A stretch of DNA of 64,000 bases from Bdellovibrionales bacterium (GTDB lineage: Bacteria; Bdellovibrionota; Bdellovibrionia; Bdellovibrionales; UBA1609). The stretch's first letter is position 1. Every line of letters starts with the position of its first letter. Location of the stretch: NCBI GenBank assembly GCA_027317865.1, contig DAHVQG010000006.1, positions 1-64,000 on the forward strand, in the 5' to 3' direction. The notes below the pieces were generated by a model. It worked only from the letters and a program-made list of their open reading frames with translations, made no database searches and was not told the origin of the DNA. The position numbers were made by a program, and so were the translations under genes. Below, piece by piece: positions 38,629-50,005 of the stretch.

Positions 38629-40644
38629 TTATGATTTATTGGCTGCAGGCGCCCGGTTTGCACCGCCCGGCTCTGCAATGAGTTTTACGAGTGACGATTC
38701 AAGTGTTCGGGCTCGATTGTCTTTAACTACCATCTCATAAAATTGATCTTTGTTTATCGGGTTAGTCAAGCCCCCCGATCCAAGCCGCACCGATATGGTT
38801 TGTGTTTCTTTTTCTTTGTCACCGATAATCAACATCAGCGGTATTTTCATGAGCTGTGCATCACGAATTTTAAACCCAAGCTTTTCGCCACGTGAATCGT
38901 TGTGCACGCGAATACCGCGCGATTTTAGTTCGCTCTCTAGCTTCTGACAATAGTCTTGCTGCCGATCTGATACACTCAGTATTCGCACTTGAACAGGAGC
39001 CAACCATAACGGCAAATGCCCTGCCGTGTGTTCGAGGTAAACGCTGATAAATCGCTCAAAAGAACCTAATATCGCCCGATGTAGCATAACCGGTTGGTGC
39101 TCGGTATTGTCTTCACCGATGTATTTGAGCTGAAAGGCGTGCGGCATATTAAAGTCCGCTTGCAATGTACCAAGCTGCCAAGGTCTACGAATCGAGTCGA
39201 CAAACATGATGTCAAGCTTTGGTCCGTAAAACGCGCCATCGCCTGGGTTAATTGTATATGGTAAATTTAATTTCTTTAGCGCATTTTCAAGCGCGGATTC
39301 GGCTCGGTCCCAAACCTCGTCACTACCGAGCCGACGCTCTGGCCGCGTTGATAAATAAACGTGGTATTGGTTCATCCCGAGAGTATTGTAAACCTCGCCT
39401 AAAAATCGCATGAAATTTTCGATTTCGGATTGAATTTGATCGAGCGTACAAAAAATATGGGCGTCATCTTGCGAAAATGAGCGCACGCGCGAAAGACCGT
39501 GCATCACGCCGCTTCGTTCATAACGATGGAGCCTACCAAAATCGGCCACGCGCCATGGCAGTTCGCGATATGACCGCCGGTCCGAGCCATAGAGTAGGCA
39601 ATGCCCCGGGCAGTTCATCGGTTTGCACGCCATTTCGCGCTCATCAACTTTCATGAAATACATATTTTCACGATAATTCGCGTAGTGACCTGATTGGTGA
39701 AACAGTTCAACGTCAAAAATCTGGGGCGTGATCACCTCTTGATAATTATATTCGCGATATTTGTCGCGCATAAAATTCATCAATTCGTTGTATATAACCG
39801 CACCATTCGGAGTAAAAAACGGCGAACCCGGCGCAAGCTGATGAAATACAAACAGGTTGAGATCTTTGCCCAACCGGCGATGGTCGCGTTTTTTGGCTTC
39901 TTCAAGATCAGCCAAATATTGTTTTAGATCCGCATCGTTCAAAAACGCTGTTGCATAAATTCGCTGAAGTTGTTCGCGCTTTTCATCGCCGCGCCAATAG
40001 CTGCCGGCAAGACTCAAAATTTTAACCGCGCCGATTTGACCAAGCCTTTGAACGTGCGGGCCACGACAAAGATCAAACCATTTGCCCTGATGATAAACAC
40101 TGACTGATTTCGCTCCTTGCGCTTTTAGATCTTCGATAATTTCAACTTTGTACTTCTCGCCCATATCGCGAAATGTTGCGATAGCCCGAGCGGCATCCCA
40201 CTCTTCACGAACAACCGGTAAGTCGCGCTTGATAATTTCACGCATTCGCTTTTCAATTTTTTCAAGATCTTCAGGAGTAAATGGCCGTTTCGAATCAAAA
40301 TCGTAATAAAAACCGTCATCGATTACTGGCCCGATCGTGACTTTAACGTCCGGCCAAATTTCTTGCACCGCCTGGGCCATGACGTGCGCGGCCGAATGCC
40401 GAATAACCTCAAGTGCCCGCACGTCTTTTGTTGTAACGATTTTAAGTTTTGTCCCGGTAGGCACGCGCCAGCGTAGATCAACAAGATTCTGCGAACCCTT
40501 TGCTTGCTCGTTCGAACTCAAAACGATACCGGCTACAGTATCTTTTGCGAGCCGTGGTCCAATGGATTCCGCCACCTCTAGAACCGTAGGCTCTTTATCA
40601 AACTCTTTGATCGCTCCGTCAGGAAGGGTGATTTGAACCGCCAT
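38629..40644 (-). CDS. thrS: Threonine--tRNA ligase
   Basis: TGS domain, RHSAAH, DLCRGPH, RDHR, KPMNCP, AFYGPK, HRAILGS.ERF. Confidence 0.98.
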   Translation of the reverse strand: MAVQITLPDGAIKEFDKEPTVLEVAESIGPRLAKDTVAGIVLSSNEQAKGSQNLVDLRWRVPTGTKLKIVTTKDVRALEVIRHSAAHVMAQAVQEIWPDVKVTIGPVIDDGFYYDFDSKRPFTPEDLEKIEKRMREIIKRDLPVVREEWDAARAIATFRDMGEKYKVEIIEDLKAQGAKSVSVYHQGKWFDLCRGPHVQRLGQIGAVKILSLAGSYWRGDEKREQLQRIYATAFLNDADLKQYLADLEEAKKRDHRRLGKDLNLFVFHQLAPGSPFFTPNGAVIYNELMNFMRDKYREYNYQEVITPQIFDVELFHQSGHYANYRENMYFMKVDEREMACKPMNCPGHCLLYGSDRRSYRELPWRVADFGRLHRYERSGVMHGLSRVRSFSQDDAHIFCTLDQIQSEIENFMRFLGEVYNTLGMNQYHVYLSTRPERRLGSDEVWDRAESALENALKKLNLPYTINPGDGAFYGPKLDIMFVDSIRRPWQLGTLQADFNMPHAFQLKYIGEDNTEHQPVMLHRAILGSFERFISVYLEHTAGHLPLWLAPVQVRILSVSDRQQDYCQKLESELKSRGIRVHNDSRGEKLGFKIRDAQLMKIPLMLIIGDKEKETQTISVRLGSGGLTNPINKDQFYEMVVKDNRARTLESSLVKLIAEPGGANRAPAANKS

Positions 40645-40732
40645 CAATCGCCTACGCGTAGCATAACGCGACCATTTCTGTCAAAGCGCTGACAAAATAA
40701 CGTATTAAACACGCCCTTCTCATAGGGCTGAA

Positions 40733-41947
40733 TTAATATGTGACATGGTGATGGAGCGATTCTTGAATCCTCGGATCCCTTATAGGCACCAAATTGTGTC
40801 GACTCAAAAACCGGCTGACTGCAAATAGAAACAATCCCAAAAAACCGGCAAACAAACAGACTTCATAGGGGTCAAAAACCGGTGCTTGTTTAAAATAAGC
40901 CGGGTAAACCAACCAATAAAGGTCGATGTATTGCATAAATAAAATCCAAATCGATACCGCAACCAAGTGCGTAGGATTACGCTTCGCCCACCTCGGGAGC
41001 AGGGCCAAAAACGGCACAATAAATTTACCAATCAGCAACAAAAGTGAAATCGGTATCCATAATCCTTCTGTACGAGGAATTATAAAACTGGTTTCAATCG
41101 GAATGTTCGCATACCAAATCAACATATATTGTGCATAAGCGATGTAGGCCCAAAACACGGTGAACGCGAAAAGAAATTTACCGAGGTCGTGCAAATGGTC
41201 TTCTGTAACGTAGCCGTTCAAGCAGTTATGCTTTTTTAGATAGAGGACGATCAAAATTGTAAATGCCATTGTGGCCTGAAACAACCCGGCAAAGGTGTAA
41301 ACACCAAATACGTTACTACTCCAGTCCGGTTGCACGCCCATAATAATGTCGATGCTAAAAACAGAATATGACAAAGCGAAGAAAAACAGGAACCCAACCG
41401 CGATTTTAACGAGCCTGTTCGTTATATTATCGTCACCAGTTTCATCTTGTTTTACCGATTGCCCGATCATTATTTTCGAAAATAAAATCCAGCCCACAAA
41501 ATAAATGATCAAACGAATGACAAATGATGTTGGGCTCAAATAAGCGGTTCGTTCAGCTAACATCGGGTCTGCCGCCACTTTAGCTTTATCAAACCATTCA
41601 AATAGTTTTGGCGCTCCGAACAAAAGACCTACGGCCCCCACTGCGGCATAGGGTAAAAATGCCGAAAATGCTTCGACTAATCTGCGAATATTTACGCTCC
41701 ATCCAGCTTTAGTGACGTGCTGAACGGCCGTGAAAAATAAGCCGCCGAGGGCCAACGTGGTGAAATAAAAGAAGGCAACCAGATAAGCAATCCACATGCG
41801 CTGCGGATCACGCATCAATCCGACAACCAAACCCGCAGCACCGATAAACATAAGTATTGAAAAAATCGTTTTCAGTTGGGTGGTAAAAATAAACTGGCCG
41901 GGCCCGGCTGGAGATCTTCCGTCCACTTTGCTCGCCGATTCTGACAT
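40733..41947 (-). CDS. actF: Alternative complex III subunit F
   Basis: Polytopic; AGWS...RR..E, HLHDLGK, W.Y..Y.Q...IWYAN.P.ET. Confidence 0.85.
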   Translation of the reverse strand: MSESASKVDGRSPAGPGQFIFTTQLKTIFSILMFIGAAGLVVGLMRDPQRMWIAYLVAFFYFTTLALGGLFFTAVQHVTKAGWSVNIRRLVEAFSAFLPYAAVGAVGLLFGAPKLFEWFDKAKVAADPMLAERTAYLSPTSFVIRLIIYFVGWILFSKIMIGQSVKQDETGDDNITNRLVKIAVGFLFFFALSYSVFSIDIIMGVQPDWSSNVFGVYTFAGLFQATMAFTILIVLYLKKHNCLNGYVTEDHLHDLGKFLFAFTVFWAYIAYAQYMLIWYANIPIETSFIIPRTEGLWIPISLLLLIGKFIVPFLALLPRWAKRNPTHLVAVSIWILFMQYIDLYWLVYPAYFKQAPVFDPYEVCLFAGFLGLFLFAVSRFLSRHNLVPIRDPRIQESLHHHVTY

Positions 41948-41988
41948 TTGATTTCGCCCTCGCTTCTTTCAAAAATTATTTCGTCGTC

Positions 41989-42591
41989 TTATTTCGCCGT
42001 CGATTTGCTCTTTGCTGCTTTGTTTTGCAAATAACGCACATAATTTACGATCGCCCAACGATCCGACGTTTTATATATTTGCGTATCGTAGGGTTGCATA
42101 ACCCCATATCCATCGGTAATGACGCCATAAATATAGCCGTCTTTAAGTTTTTGGATATTAGCGGCCAATAGATTTACCGGCTTAATCGGCATATATTTCG
42201 CAACCGTACCGTCGCCTTCGGCGTTTAACCCGTGGCATGGCGAGCAGTAAATATCAAAACGATTTTTACCCCGCACGAGCGTGCTTTTAAATTTCGCACC
42301 GGCATACGGGTTGATCAGTTTTTTTGCGGCCATATCAAGGTCGTCATGGTAAGGATACGGTTTGAACCCACGTGGAATCGTATGTGCCGGTGGCACCATC
42401 TCTTCAGGAGCATGGCGTTTTGAGTCCCACGATTGCGATTTAAGAGCGGGTTGATCCATCATGCCTTGGATAAGTTCAATATTGGTTTGATTTTTGCCAC
42501 CGTTACAAGCCGTGAGCGCCGCAGCGCCTGCAACAATAACGAATACACGAAAAAAAATGCGACAAATTTTAAAATGCTTTTTCGTGCTCAT
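41989..42591 (-). CDS. actE: Alternative complex III monoheme cytochrome c lipoprotein
   Basis: LTAC lipobox; CSPCHG; DRWAIVNYVR. Confidence 0.85.
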   Translation of the reverse strand: MSTKKHFKICRIFFRVFVIVAGAAALTACNGGKNQTNIELIQGMMDQPALKSQSWDSKRHAPEEMVPPAHTIPRGFKPYPYHDDLDMAAKKLINPYAGAKFKSTLVRGKNRFDIYCSPCHGLNAEGDGTVAKYMPIKPVNLLAANIQKLKDGYIYGVITDGYGVMQPYDTQIYKTSDRWAIVNYVRYLQNKAAKSKSTAK

Positions 42592-43142
42592 TAAAACTCC
42601 GTCCTTCTCACGTCTTTCGCCCCGAGACTTTTAAACAACTGTTCAACTCGAGCGACGTCGCCACTTTTTTCGGGCACAAAAAGCGCAAATTTGTGCGAAG
42701 TCAAATCCGGATCAATAATTGGCGGATTTACCTTCGGGAGGCCAGTAATAAGAAATAGCGATGCCACGGTAACCAAAGAACCTATTAAAATAGTGAGCTC
42801 AAAAATTTCGGGGATAAACGCCGGCAATGACCACATCGGTTTACCACCGACCAAAACTGGCCAGTCAACGGCGGATGTCCACCAAGTAAACCAAACACCG
42901 AATGCACAGCCAGATAGGCCGGCCAAAAAAGTTATATACGGAATGTACGAGCGCGGAATATTCATCGCTTCGTCGATGCCGTGCAAAGGATAGGGGCTGA
43001 TCGCTTCAAATTTTTTAAAACCCGCTTCACGAGTCTTACGGGCGGCTTCGACTAATTCGTGCTCGTCGTTCCAAATTCCAGCAACGCCTTTCTGGCCACG
43101 GCTGGTTAGTACGTCTTCAATTTTAGATATTAAATCAGCCAT
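42591..43142 (-). CDS. actD: Alternative complex III subunit D (DUF3341)
   Basis: SPYPLHGID, VGGKP, FELTIL. Confidence 0.88.
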   Translation of the reverse strand: MADLISKIEDVLTSRGQKGVAGIWNDEHELVEAARKTREAGFKKFEAISPYPLHGIDEAMNIPRSYIPYITFLAGLSGCAFGVWFTWWTSAVDWPVLVGGKPMWSLPAFIPEIFELTILIGSLVTVASLFLITGLPKVNPPIIDPDLTSHKFALFVPEKSGDVARVEQLFKSLGAKDVRRTEF

Positions 43143-44496
43143 GCTGTTCCTCCGCTTCATGACCGACGGATATAATAGGTTTCGTTTCCGCTATTGAAAT
43201 TGTCGGCAGTAGCCGTGTGTAGAGTAAGAATATGGTAAGGAACATTCCAAACGAGCCGAAAATCGCTCCCCAATCGTAAAATGTGGGGTGCCAGATATGC
43301 CAAGCCGACGGCATAAAGTCATGGTGGAGTGACCCGATATCGATGATAAATCGCTCGTACCACATTCCAATATTTATACAGATTGAAATGATAAACATCG
43401 CGATTATGTTCGTTCGAATATATTTAAACCAAAGCATTTGCGGGATTAATACGTTACATCCAATCATGAAACCCCATGCCCACCAATATGGACCTATAAT
43501 CCGGTTCACAAATATGAATCGTTCAACCGCGTCGCCGGAGTACCATGCAAAGAAAAATTCAGACAAATACGCATAGCCAACTAGTAAGCTCGTCAGCATA
43601 ATGATTTTACACATGTTCTCCATGTGGTGCATGGTCACGTAGTCTTTAAATCCGGGTATCACGGCTCGTAACAAACACATAATCGTCACGACCATCCCAA
43701 ATCCTGAAAAAATGGCACCGGCCACAAAGTACGGTGGAAAAATCGTCGCGTGCCAACCGGGTAGCTGTGAAACAGAAAAGTCAAACGACACTATCGAGTG
43801 AACGGACAAAACAAGAGGCGTTGAAAGCCCGGCAAGCAGCATATACGTCATCTCGTAGTGATTCCAATTTCGGGCGGTTCCGCGCCAACCCATGCTGAGC
43901 GCACCGTAAATGCGTTTTCGCCAAATATTGCGGGCGCGATCGCGAATAGTCGCGAGATCAGGAATCAAACCGACGTACCAAAAAACGATTGAAACCGTCG
44001 CATACGTTGATACAGCAAAGACATCCCAAATGAGCGGAGAACGGAAATTCACCCACAGCGGACCACGTTGGTTCGGATAGGGCAATAGCCAGTACGCAAG
44101 CCAAGGACGTCCAGTATGCAAAATCGGGAAAACTCCTGCGGTCATGACGGCAAAAACCGTCATCGCTTCGGCGGTTCGCGCAATACCTGTGCGCCATTTT
44201 TGCCTAAACAAAAATAGGATGGCGGAGATCAACGTACCGGCGTGGCCAATACCGATCCAAAACACGAAAGTAACGATATCCGTCCCCCACATATTGGGAT
44301 AGGAGATACCCATCATCCCCATCCCGTAAGCCACGATCATGCTCTGAATGAAAATGTAGAAAATGAATAAGCATACGGCGGCAGTAAATAGTACGTAAAA
44401 TCGTCTTGGCGGAAATTTTTCGACAAGACCGCATATATCTTCCGTGACGTCTTTAAGCGATTTTTTGCCTAAAACCAGCGGTTCGCGCGAAATCAT
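43135..44496 (-). CDS. actC: Alternative complex III subunit C (NrfD-like)
   Basis: FVFWIGIGHAGTLISAIL, SPLIWD, VLSVHSIVSFDF, PPYFVAGAIFSG. Confidence 0.95.
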   Translation of the reverse strand: MISREPLVLGKKSLKDVTEDICGLVEKFPPRRFYVLFTAAVCLFIFYIFIQSMIVAYGMGMMGISYPNMWGTDIVTFVFWIGIGHAGTLISAILFLFRQKWRTGIARTAEAMTVFAVMTAGVFPILHTGRPWLAYWLLPYPNQRGPLWVNFRSPLIWDVFAVSTYATVSIVFWYVGLIPDLATIRDRARNIWRKRIYGALSMGWRGTARNWNHYEMTYMLLAGLSTPLVLSVHSIVSFDFSVSQLPGWHATIFPPYFVAGAIFSGFGMVVTIMCLLRAVIPGFKDYVTMHHMENMCKIIMLTSLLVGYAYLSEFFFAWYSGDAVERFIFVNRIIGPYWWAWGFMIGCNVLIPQMLWFKYIRTNIIAMFIISICINIGMWYERFIIDIGSLHHDFMPSAWHIWHPTFYDWGAIFGSFGMFLTIFLLYTRLLPTISIAETKPIISVGHEAEEQHG

Positions 44497-47400
44497 ATGT
44501 ACCTACCTTCATAGAAGTCCGCATCCGTTTCGGGTTTCAATTTATCTGTGTTACGAATTTTGCTCGCATATCGAACAGCAGGCCGCGTGTTAAGATCGAC
44601 CAGCACCTCATAATGCCTTGGATCTTTTAAGAGCTTACTCACGCGCCAATTGGGATTATTCACGTCACCAAACACAATCGCCTTAGTCGGACATGAAGCT
44701 TCGCACGCCATTTTAATTTCACCGTCTTGAACTTCACGATGATTAATCTGCGCTTGAACCTCGGCGAATCGAATACGCTGAACGCAAAACGAGCATTTTT
44801 CCATCACACCACGTGAGCGTACTGTCACTTCAGGGTTCAGTTGCATCTGTAACGGAGACGCGACCAGATCCGGATGCATGCGTCCATAGTTGAACCAATT
44901 AAACCGCCGCACTTTATAGGGGCAGTTGTTCGAACAATAACGCGTTCCCACGCAGCGGTTATAAATCATCGAATTGAGACCTTCATCATCGTGCATGGTT
45001 GCCTGAACCGGACAAACCGTTTCGCAGGGCGCGTTGTCACATTGCATGCACAGAATGGGAATATGGAGACTGTCCGGATCATCCGCCGTACCGACAAAGT
45101 ACCGGTCAACACGCATCCACTGCATTTGCCGATGTTGGAGAACATAAGTTTTGCCAACAACAGCGATATTGTTTTCAGACTGACAGGCCAGAATACAGGC
45201 CGAGCAACCATTGCAACGCGAAAGATCAATCGACATTCCCCATTTATGTCCTTTATAGACATGAGGCGTCCACGACGACAGGTTACTTGGCTGTTTGATA
45301 CCTGTTGCTGGGTCTTTTTCCCATTCTTTAAGCGTGGCTTCTACGACAATTTGCCGGTCCCCGATTTGTGCACCTTCGGGAGTCAAACCATGCATTAAAA
45401 AATACCCTTGGGTGTTCGGCAGCCCTTCTTGGGTCTGAGTCATTTCAAATGTCGCGGGCACTCCCGCGTATTGTCGCCGACCGTCCGCAGCTAGCGGTAT
45501 CAGCGGATACGCGTTCACCCCCACATTATTGCCGATTTCACCGGCACGTGTACGGCCATAGCCGACGGGCATCCCTAAAACGCTATCATGTTGACCAGGC
45601 TGAATATGCACAGGAGCTTCAATGGTATGGTCCCCCACATGCAGGATCATCACTTGGCCTTCAACTAAATGTTGTTCGGATGAAAAATTTGGCGAAACCG
45701 AAATAAAGTTATCCCAGCAAATTTTAGTTACCGGATCGGGAAACTCTTGCAGCCAGGTCACGTTGGCCATTGTGCCATCTTTCATTCCGATGGTCGGGTA
45801 AAAAACCAATTCGTGATCCGCTTTGGGAGTCGCTTTGAATTCCACAACCTTTAACGCTTCAGTGCGAAATGCTCTCGGCGCATCGTTCTGGGCCCGAGCC
45901 GCCTCGGCGGTGTTGATGACTCCCGCGTGCATGGCATGAACCCATTTTGTATTTAGTTTTTTCTCAATTCTCTCCCGCACTAGAGAATAAACCGAATCCG
46001 CTTTCGCGAGCTCGCTTTTGGAATTCAGCACTTTCGCCCACGCAATGAGCGTGTCGCCAAACGCACGCGTATTGTAAAGCGGCTGAATGGTCGGTTGCTG
46101 AACGCTGTAAACTCCCTTTTGGCCCTCGGCATCACCCCAAGACTCCATCGGATGACTGTCGGGCAAAACATAATTGCAATACCAACCCGTTTCGTCGACG
46201 CGCTCACCGGTATAAATCGCCATTTCAACTTTTTGCAAAGCTTCGACAAACGGTATTTCAGACGGCGCCGCATAGGCCGGATTCACACCGTGAATGATCA
46301 AGGTTTTCACCTTGCCCGATTTCATTTCGTTTGTTAACGCCGTCAAATTCGCATCGCGACCCTGAAAACCCATGTTCGGGGAATGACTGTAGTCAATTGT
46401 CACTCCGTCGTTGCCAAGCACGGAATTTAATAGATTAGCTGCGACCTGCGATGGAATATCCATCGCACCTAAAACGAGCGACTGCCCACGATGGGACCAA
46501 AGATCATTAGCGACACGCGTGTAAACGGCGTCTTTAATCCCTGCGTTTTGCCCCGCATATCCTTTTACAATACTGACAACCGCCGGATCATTCGCGTACT
46601 TCGAAACTTTTTTATTAATAAGCAGTTCGTAAAGGACTCGCATCAGAACCGTAGTCGTATCCGACGTACGTATTCGATAGCGCATGTCCGAATTCGCACC
46701 GGTCAAAGTCATGATGGATTCAAAAACTACGAGCCGACTCATGTCGGGGCCCGGCTGGCGCGTCAGCGAAAACTCGCGACCTTGTTGGGTCGGCTGTAGC
46801 CACGTGCCTAAGAAATCATTGTTGACCGCCAAAATATATTTTGCTTTTTCGACGACGAGCCGAGGCGCCACCGCCTCACCGCCATAGCTCAATTTTTGAC
46901 CTTCACCGTAAGATTCGTCGCTCCAAGCATCCCAAACGTACATTTTTGCGCCGGCGACTTTCGCAAATTCATTCATCACATCGTTTAAGGTCGGCGAAAT
47001 AATGCTCGAGGTGAGAATCGCAACGCTGCCTTTTTTCAGTTGTTCCGTGATGTCTTTGTCAGCCTTTGGCCAATCAATTTTAAGCGTATCATGATCAGTT
47101 CTCTTTGAATTTTGCAAATTCAAAACAGGCGCATTCATTCGTCCGGGATCATAAAGTGAAAGCACGTGAGCTTGGGCTCGACCCGACATACCATTGCGGT
47201 TCATTGGATGGAGTTCGTTTCCGGTCAAATGCAGCGGACGCCCTTCGCGCGTCTTAACCACAATGCCAAACGTTTCGCTGCCATCAACAAAAGTCGACGC
47301 GTAATAATCAGGAATTCCCTCGATGACGTCGGGCGGGCGCTGTACGTAAGAAACAATTTCTTGCTCGGGCCGGCGCACGCAACCGAACGAAGCAAGCGCC

Positions 47401-47585
47401 ATGCTCGCGCCCATTAATTTTAAAAATTCACGTCTGGCCCACCCACCTTCGCCTGCGTCCGATTCGCGGAGGGGCGAACTGGCGAACTCTTCTTCGGCGA
47501 ACTTTAAGAAATCTGGATCTTGCCGCCATTGTTCAAGACTGAGCCAGTGTTTCGGGGCCGAACCTTTATCTTTTTCTGAAGCCAT
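44493..47585 (-). CDS. actB: Alternative complex III subunit B (molybdopterin-like plus Fe-S domains)
   Basis: RREFLK Tat motif; CNGCSAC, CMQCDNAPC, RCVGTRYC, EKCSFC. Confidence 0.95.
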   Translation of the reverse strand: MASEKDKGSAPKHWLSLEQWRQDPDFLKFAEEEFASSPLRESDAGEGGWARREFLKLMGASMALASFGCVRRPEQEIVSYVQRPPDVIEGIPDYYASTFVDGSETFGIVVKTREGRPLHLTGNELHPMNRNGMSGRAQAHVLSLYDPGRMNAPVLNLQNSKRTDHDTLKIDWPKADKDITEQLKKGSVAILTSSIISPTLNDVMNEFAKVAGAKMYVWDAWSDESYGEGQKLSYGGEAVAPRLVVEKAKYILAVNNDFLGTWLQPTQQGREFSLTRQPGPDMSRLVVFESIMTLTGANSDMRYRIRTSDTTTVLMRVLYELLINKKVSKYANDPAVVSIVKGYAGQNAGIKDAVYTRVANDLWSHRGQSLVLGAMDIPSQVAANLLNSVLGNDGVTIDYSHSPNMGFQGRDANLTALTNEMKSGKVKTLIIHGVNPAYAAPSEIPFVEALQKVEMAIYTGERVDETGWYCNYVLPDSHPMESWGDAEGQKGVYSVQQPTIQPLYNTRAFGDTLIAWAKVLNSKSELAKADSVYSLVRERIEKKLNTKWVHAMHAGVINTAEAARAQNDAPRAFRTEALKVVEFKATPKADHELVFYPTIGMKDGTMANVTWLQEFPDPVTKICWDNFISVSPNFSSEQHLVEGQVMILHVGDHTIEAPVHIQPGQHDSVLGMPVGYGRTRAGEIGNNVGVNAYPLIPLAADGRRQYAGVPATFEMTQTQEGLPNTQGYFLMHGLTPEGAQIGDRQIVVEATLKEWEKDPATGIKQPSNLSSWTPHVYKGHKWGMSIDLSRCNGCSACILACQSENNIAVVGKTYVLQHRQMQWMRVDRYFVGTADDPDSLHIPILCMQCDNAPCETVCPVQATMHDDEGLNSMIYNRCVGTRYCSNNCPYKVRRFNWFNYGRMHPDLVASPLQMQLNPEVTVRSRGVMEKCSFCVQRIRFAEVQAQINHREVQDGEIKMACEASCPTKAIVFGDVNNPNWRVSKLLKDPRHYEVLVDLNTRPAVRYASKIRNTDKLKPETDADFYEGRYI

Positions 47586-47631
47586 CCTTTTTCCCTTTAC
47601 TAATCTCTCAATTCTCTAGCTGCTCTCACAT

Positions 47632-48252
47632 TTACATATGGCAAGTTCCACAAGTCGTCGGCGCGCCGTTACGGCGGTGGCAATTCACGCACCAACCCAT
47701 TGAAAGAGGGGCGTATTGTTTGATAACCGACATCTCTTGGACTTCCCCGTGACAATACAGGCACTTGAGATCTGTTTTTCGAGTTCCCACCATAGCGGGA
47801 TCCCGCGACTGTAACTGCGCTAGCGTGGGATGGCGCCACTGTAAATCGATATGGGGAGCGTGCCAGAATTTTACGAAATCCGGCAACATGTGCACCCTCA
47901 CCCACCGAATGGGCTTATGTTGATAATAATCGTTTGTTACCTGAGCAATCCACTTGTTGGGTTTGCCGTTGTAGTTTCGCACCTGAATATGACAGTTCAT
48001 GCAAATATTAAGCGATGGAACTGTCGCGTGCCGTGAAACCTCAACGGTAGTGTGACAGTATCGGCAATCAATGCCTAACTTGCCGACGTGAACTTTGTGT
48101 GAAAATGGAATCGGTTGCGTTGGCTGGTAACCGATATCATAACCAAAAACTATTTTGTTGTTGGTCATTAAGTAAATAAAAACCGAAAGCCCTATAACCA
48201 CACAAAGAGCAAATGCGGCCCCGATTATGTGCTTCAAATTCTGACGAATCAT
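47632..48252 (-). CDS. actA: Alternative complex III pentaheme cytochrome c
   Basis: TM anchor; QPIPFSH; five CxxCH motifs. Confidence 0.92.
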   Translation of the reverse strand: MIRQNLKHIIGAAFALCVVIGLSVFIYLMTNNKIVFGYDIGYQPTQPIPFSHKVHVGKLGIDCRYCHTTVEVSRHATVPSLNICMNCHIQVRNYNGKPNKWIAQVTNDYYQHKPIRWVRVHMLPDFVKFWHAPHIDLQWRHPTLAQLQSRDPAMVGTRKTDLKCLYCHGEVQEMSVIKQYAPLSMGWCVNCHRRNGAPTTCGTCHM

Positions 48253-48328
48253 GAGAATTCCCAGGCGCTGTTAAATTGTTAAAATTGTTGTGTTTGTTAT
48301 TATTAGTTTTCGACATAAGATCTGTCAC

Positions 48329-49996
48329 TCATTTATTCGCTGAACCCTTAGACTGTTTCAAACGACTTTGACGCAGCGTAATTACATAGGCCACGTACAG
48401 TAAGTGTGCGGCCACAAATGCCGACACATATTGAACGCCACCCGCGCCGAAACCATATGTGTGCAAACCCGCTCCCAATACGAAGTTCACGCCATACCAA
48501 GACATGATAACAAGTGAAAACGCAACGACTGCAGCGACGGACATGCCAAACTGTCGCAACCAACCCGCGATGCGCCCGTGCAACACGACAATGTACCCAA
48601 GGAGTGCAATCAAAGCCCAATTTTCTTTAGGATCCCAGCTCCAAAAACGGCCCCAAGAATAATCCGCCCAAATGCCACCGAGAATAATTCCAGCGGCTAA
48701 CAGTATCACGCCAACCTGAATGCTTCGGTAAATGGCATTCACGCCGTCACGAATTTGTTTTTGATATTCTTTTTCGCCCCGGATGAAGTAAAAGAGGCAA
48801 ATATCGCCAATAAAAAACGCCAAGAAAAATGCCGCATAACTTGAAACGATGATCAAAACATGAATCATCAACCAATAATTATCTCTTAAAACCGGTTGCA
48901 ATAGCTCAAGTGATGAGTCCAAAACGCTCGACGAAATATCGCAGAGCAAAAGCCCCAACGTCGCAACCATCGTCGCGCCCAGGGGCACAATAATCGACCG
49001 GTTAAACCGATATATGATCGCCGCAAAAACGATCGCCATGAACGAAACCCAAACAACGGTTTCGTACATATTCGCAACCGGCGGCCGATCTAATATATAG
49101 ATACGACAAGCAAAACCAGTAATATGAAAAATGACTGCAATGCCCGTACTGATCCACGCAAAGCGTGCCCACTTCGTCCACTGGCCAAAGTATGCAAAAC
49201 TAAACAGAATCATGGCGATGAGATAAAATACCCAGGCCCAGCGAAATGGCTGCAGATGATTGTACCAAACCTCAACATGAATTTTTCGAAAATTTGCGTA
49301 GTCGCCAAAGCGCGCGCGCACGCTGCCAATAAATGCGGTGACGGCTTGGTGCAATTGGCGTTTTGCGCTTTTCTCCGTTGTCGGGTCGTGTTTGGTTTGT
49401 GCCGTAATATATGCGATGTAAGCATTCGTGATCTTTTGAAAGCCGGCACGGTCGCTGGCGTTCATTTGCGTGAGGTCTTCCCAAGTATTTGAATTTTTTG
49501 TTGGCACGAGTCGAACAGCAAGGCCCAACCGAATGGCATGATATGCTGAAAGTTGGTCTTCTAGAGTCTCAACAGCCGTGTAAAACGGATCTAATTTTGC
49601 ATGAACATCCGTTTTATCTTTTAAATCTTGGAGCAAAAGCCCGAGCTTCGAATCGCCAAGTAGGGTGACCGGCTTGAAATACATTTGGGTGGGTTGCAAA
49701 CCGAGCGCTTTTTTCAAGGCGGCGTCGTCGATCATCACGATTTTCGAATTATCCCACGGGTCATTTGGCCCCATCGGCATAACGATCCAACTAAAAACGA
49801 CATCGACTGCGCTCTTGCCTTTATATGTCTCTTGCCCCCAAACCAAGTGCAGCATATCGCGAGCAAAAGTATCAAATGGCTTGATGCGACCGTTATCTTG
49901 CACCGGAAGGTCTCGAAGCCCGTCGGCTTTGGCCACCATCGGGAACGCAATCAGCGTCATCAAAACGAAAACTACTAACGATCGAACGACTTTCAT
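48329..49996 (-). CDS. ccsA: Cytochrome c biogenesis protein CcsA/ResC (system II)
   Basis: GRIKPFDT; WADYSWGRFWSWDPKE (WWD domain); GLHTY. Confidence 0.92.
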   Translation of the reverse strand: MKVVRSLVVFVLMTLIAFPMVAKADGLRDLPVQDNGRIKPFDTFARDMLHLVWGQETYKGKSAVDVVFSWIVMPMGPNDPWDNSKIVMIDDAALKKALGLQPTQMYFKPVTLLGDSKLGLLLQDLKDKTDVHAKLDPFYTAVETLEDQLSAYHAIRLGLAVRLVPTKNSNTWEDLTQMNASDRAGFQKITNAYIAYITAQTKHDPTTEKSAKRQLHQAVTAFIGSVRARFGDYANFRKIHVEVWYNHLQPFRWAWVFYLIAMILFSFAYFGQWTKWARFAWISTGIAVIFHITGFACRIYILDRPPVANMYETVVWVSFMAIVFAAIIYRFNRSIIVPLGATMVATLGLLLCDISSSVLDSSLELLQPVLRDNYWLMIHVLIIVSSYAAFFLAFFIGDICLFYFIRGEKEYQKQIRDGVNAIYRSIQVGVILLAAGIILGGIWADYSWGRFWSWDPKENWALIALLGYIVVLHGRIAGWLRQFGMSVAAVVAFSLVIMSWYGVNFVLGAGLHTYGFGAGGVQYVSAFVAAHLLYVAYVITLRQSRLKQSKGSANK

Positions 49997-50005
49997 TGTT
50001 ACTCC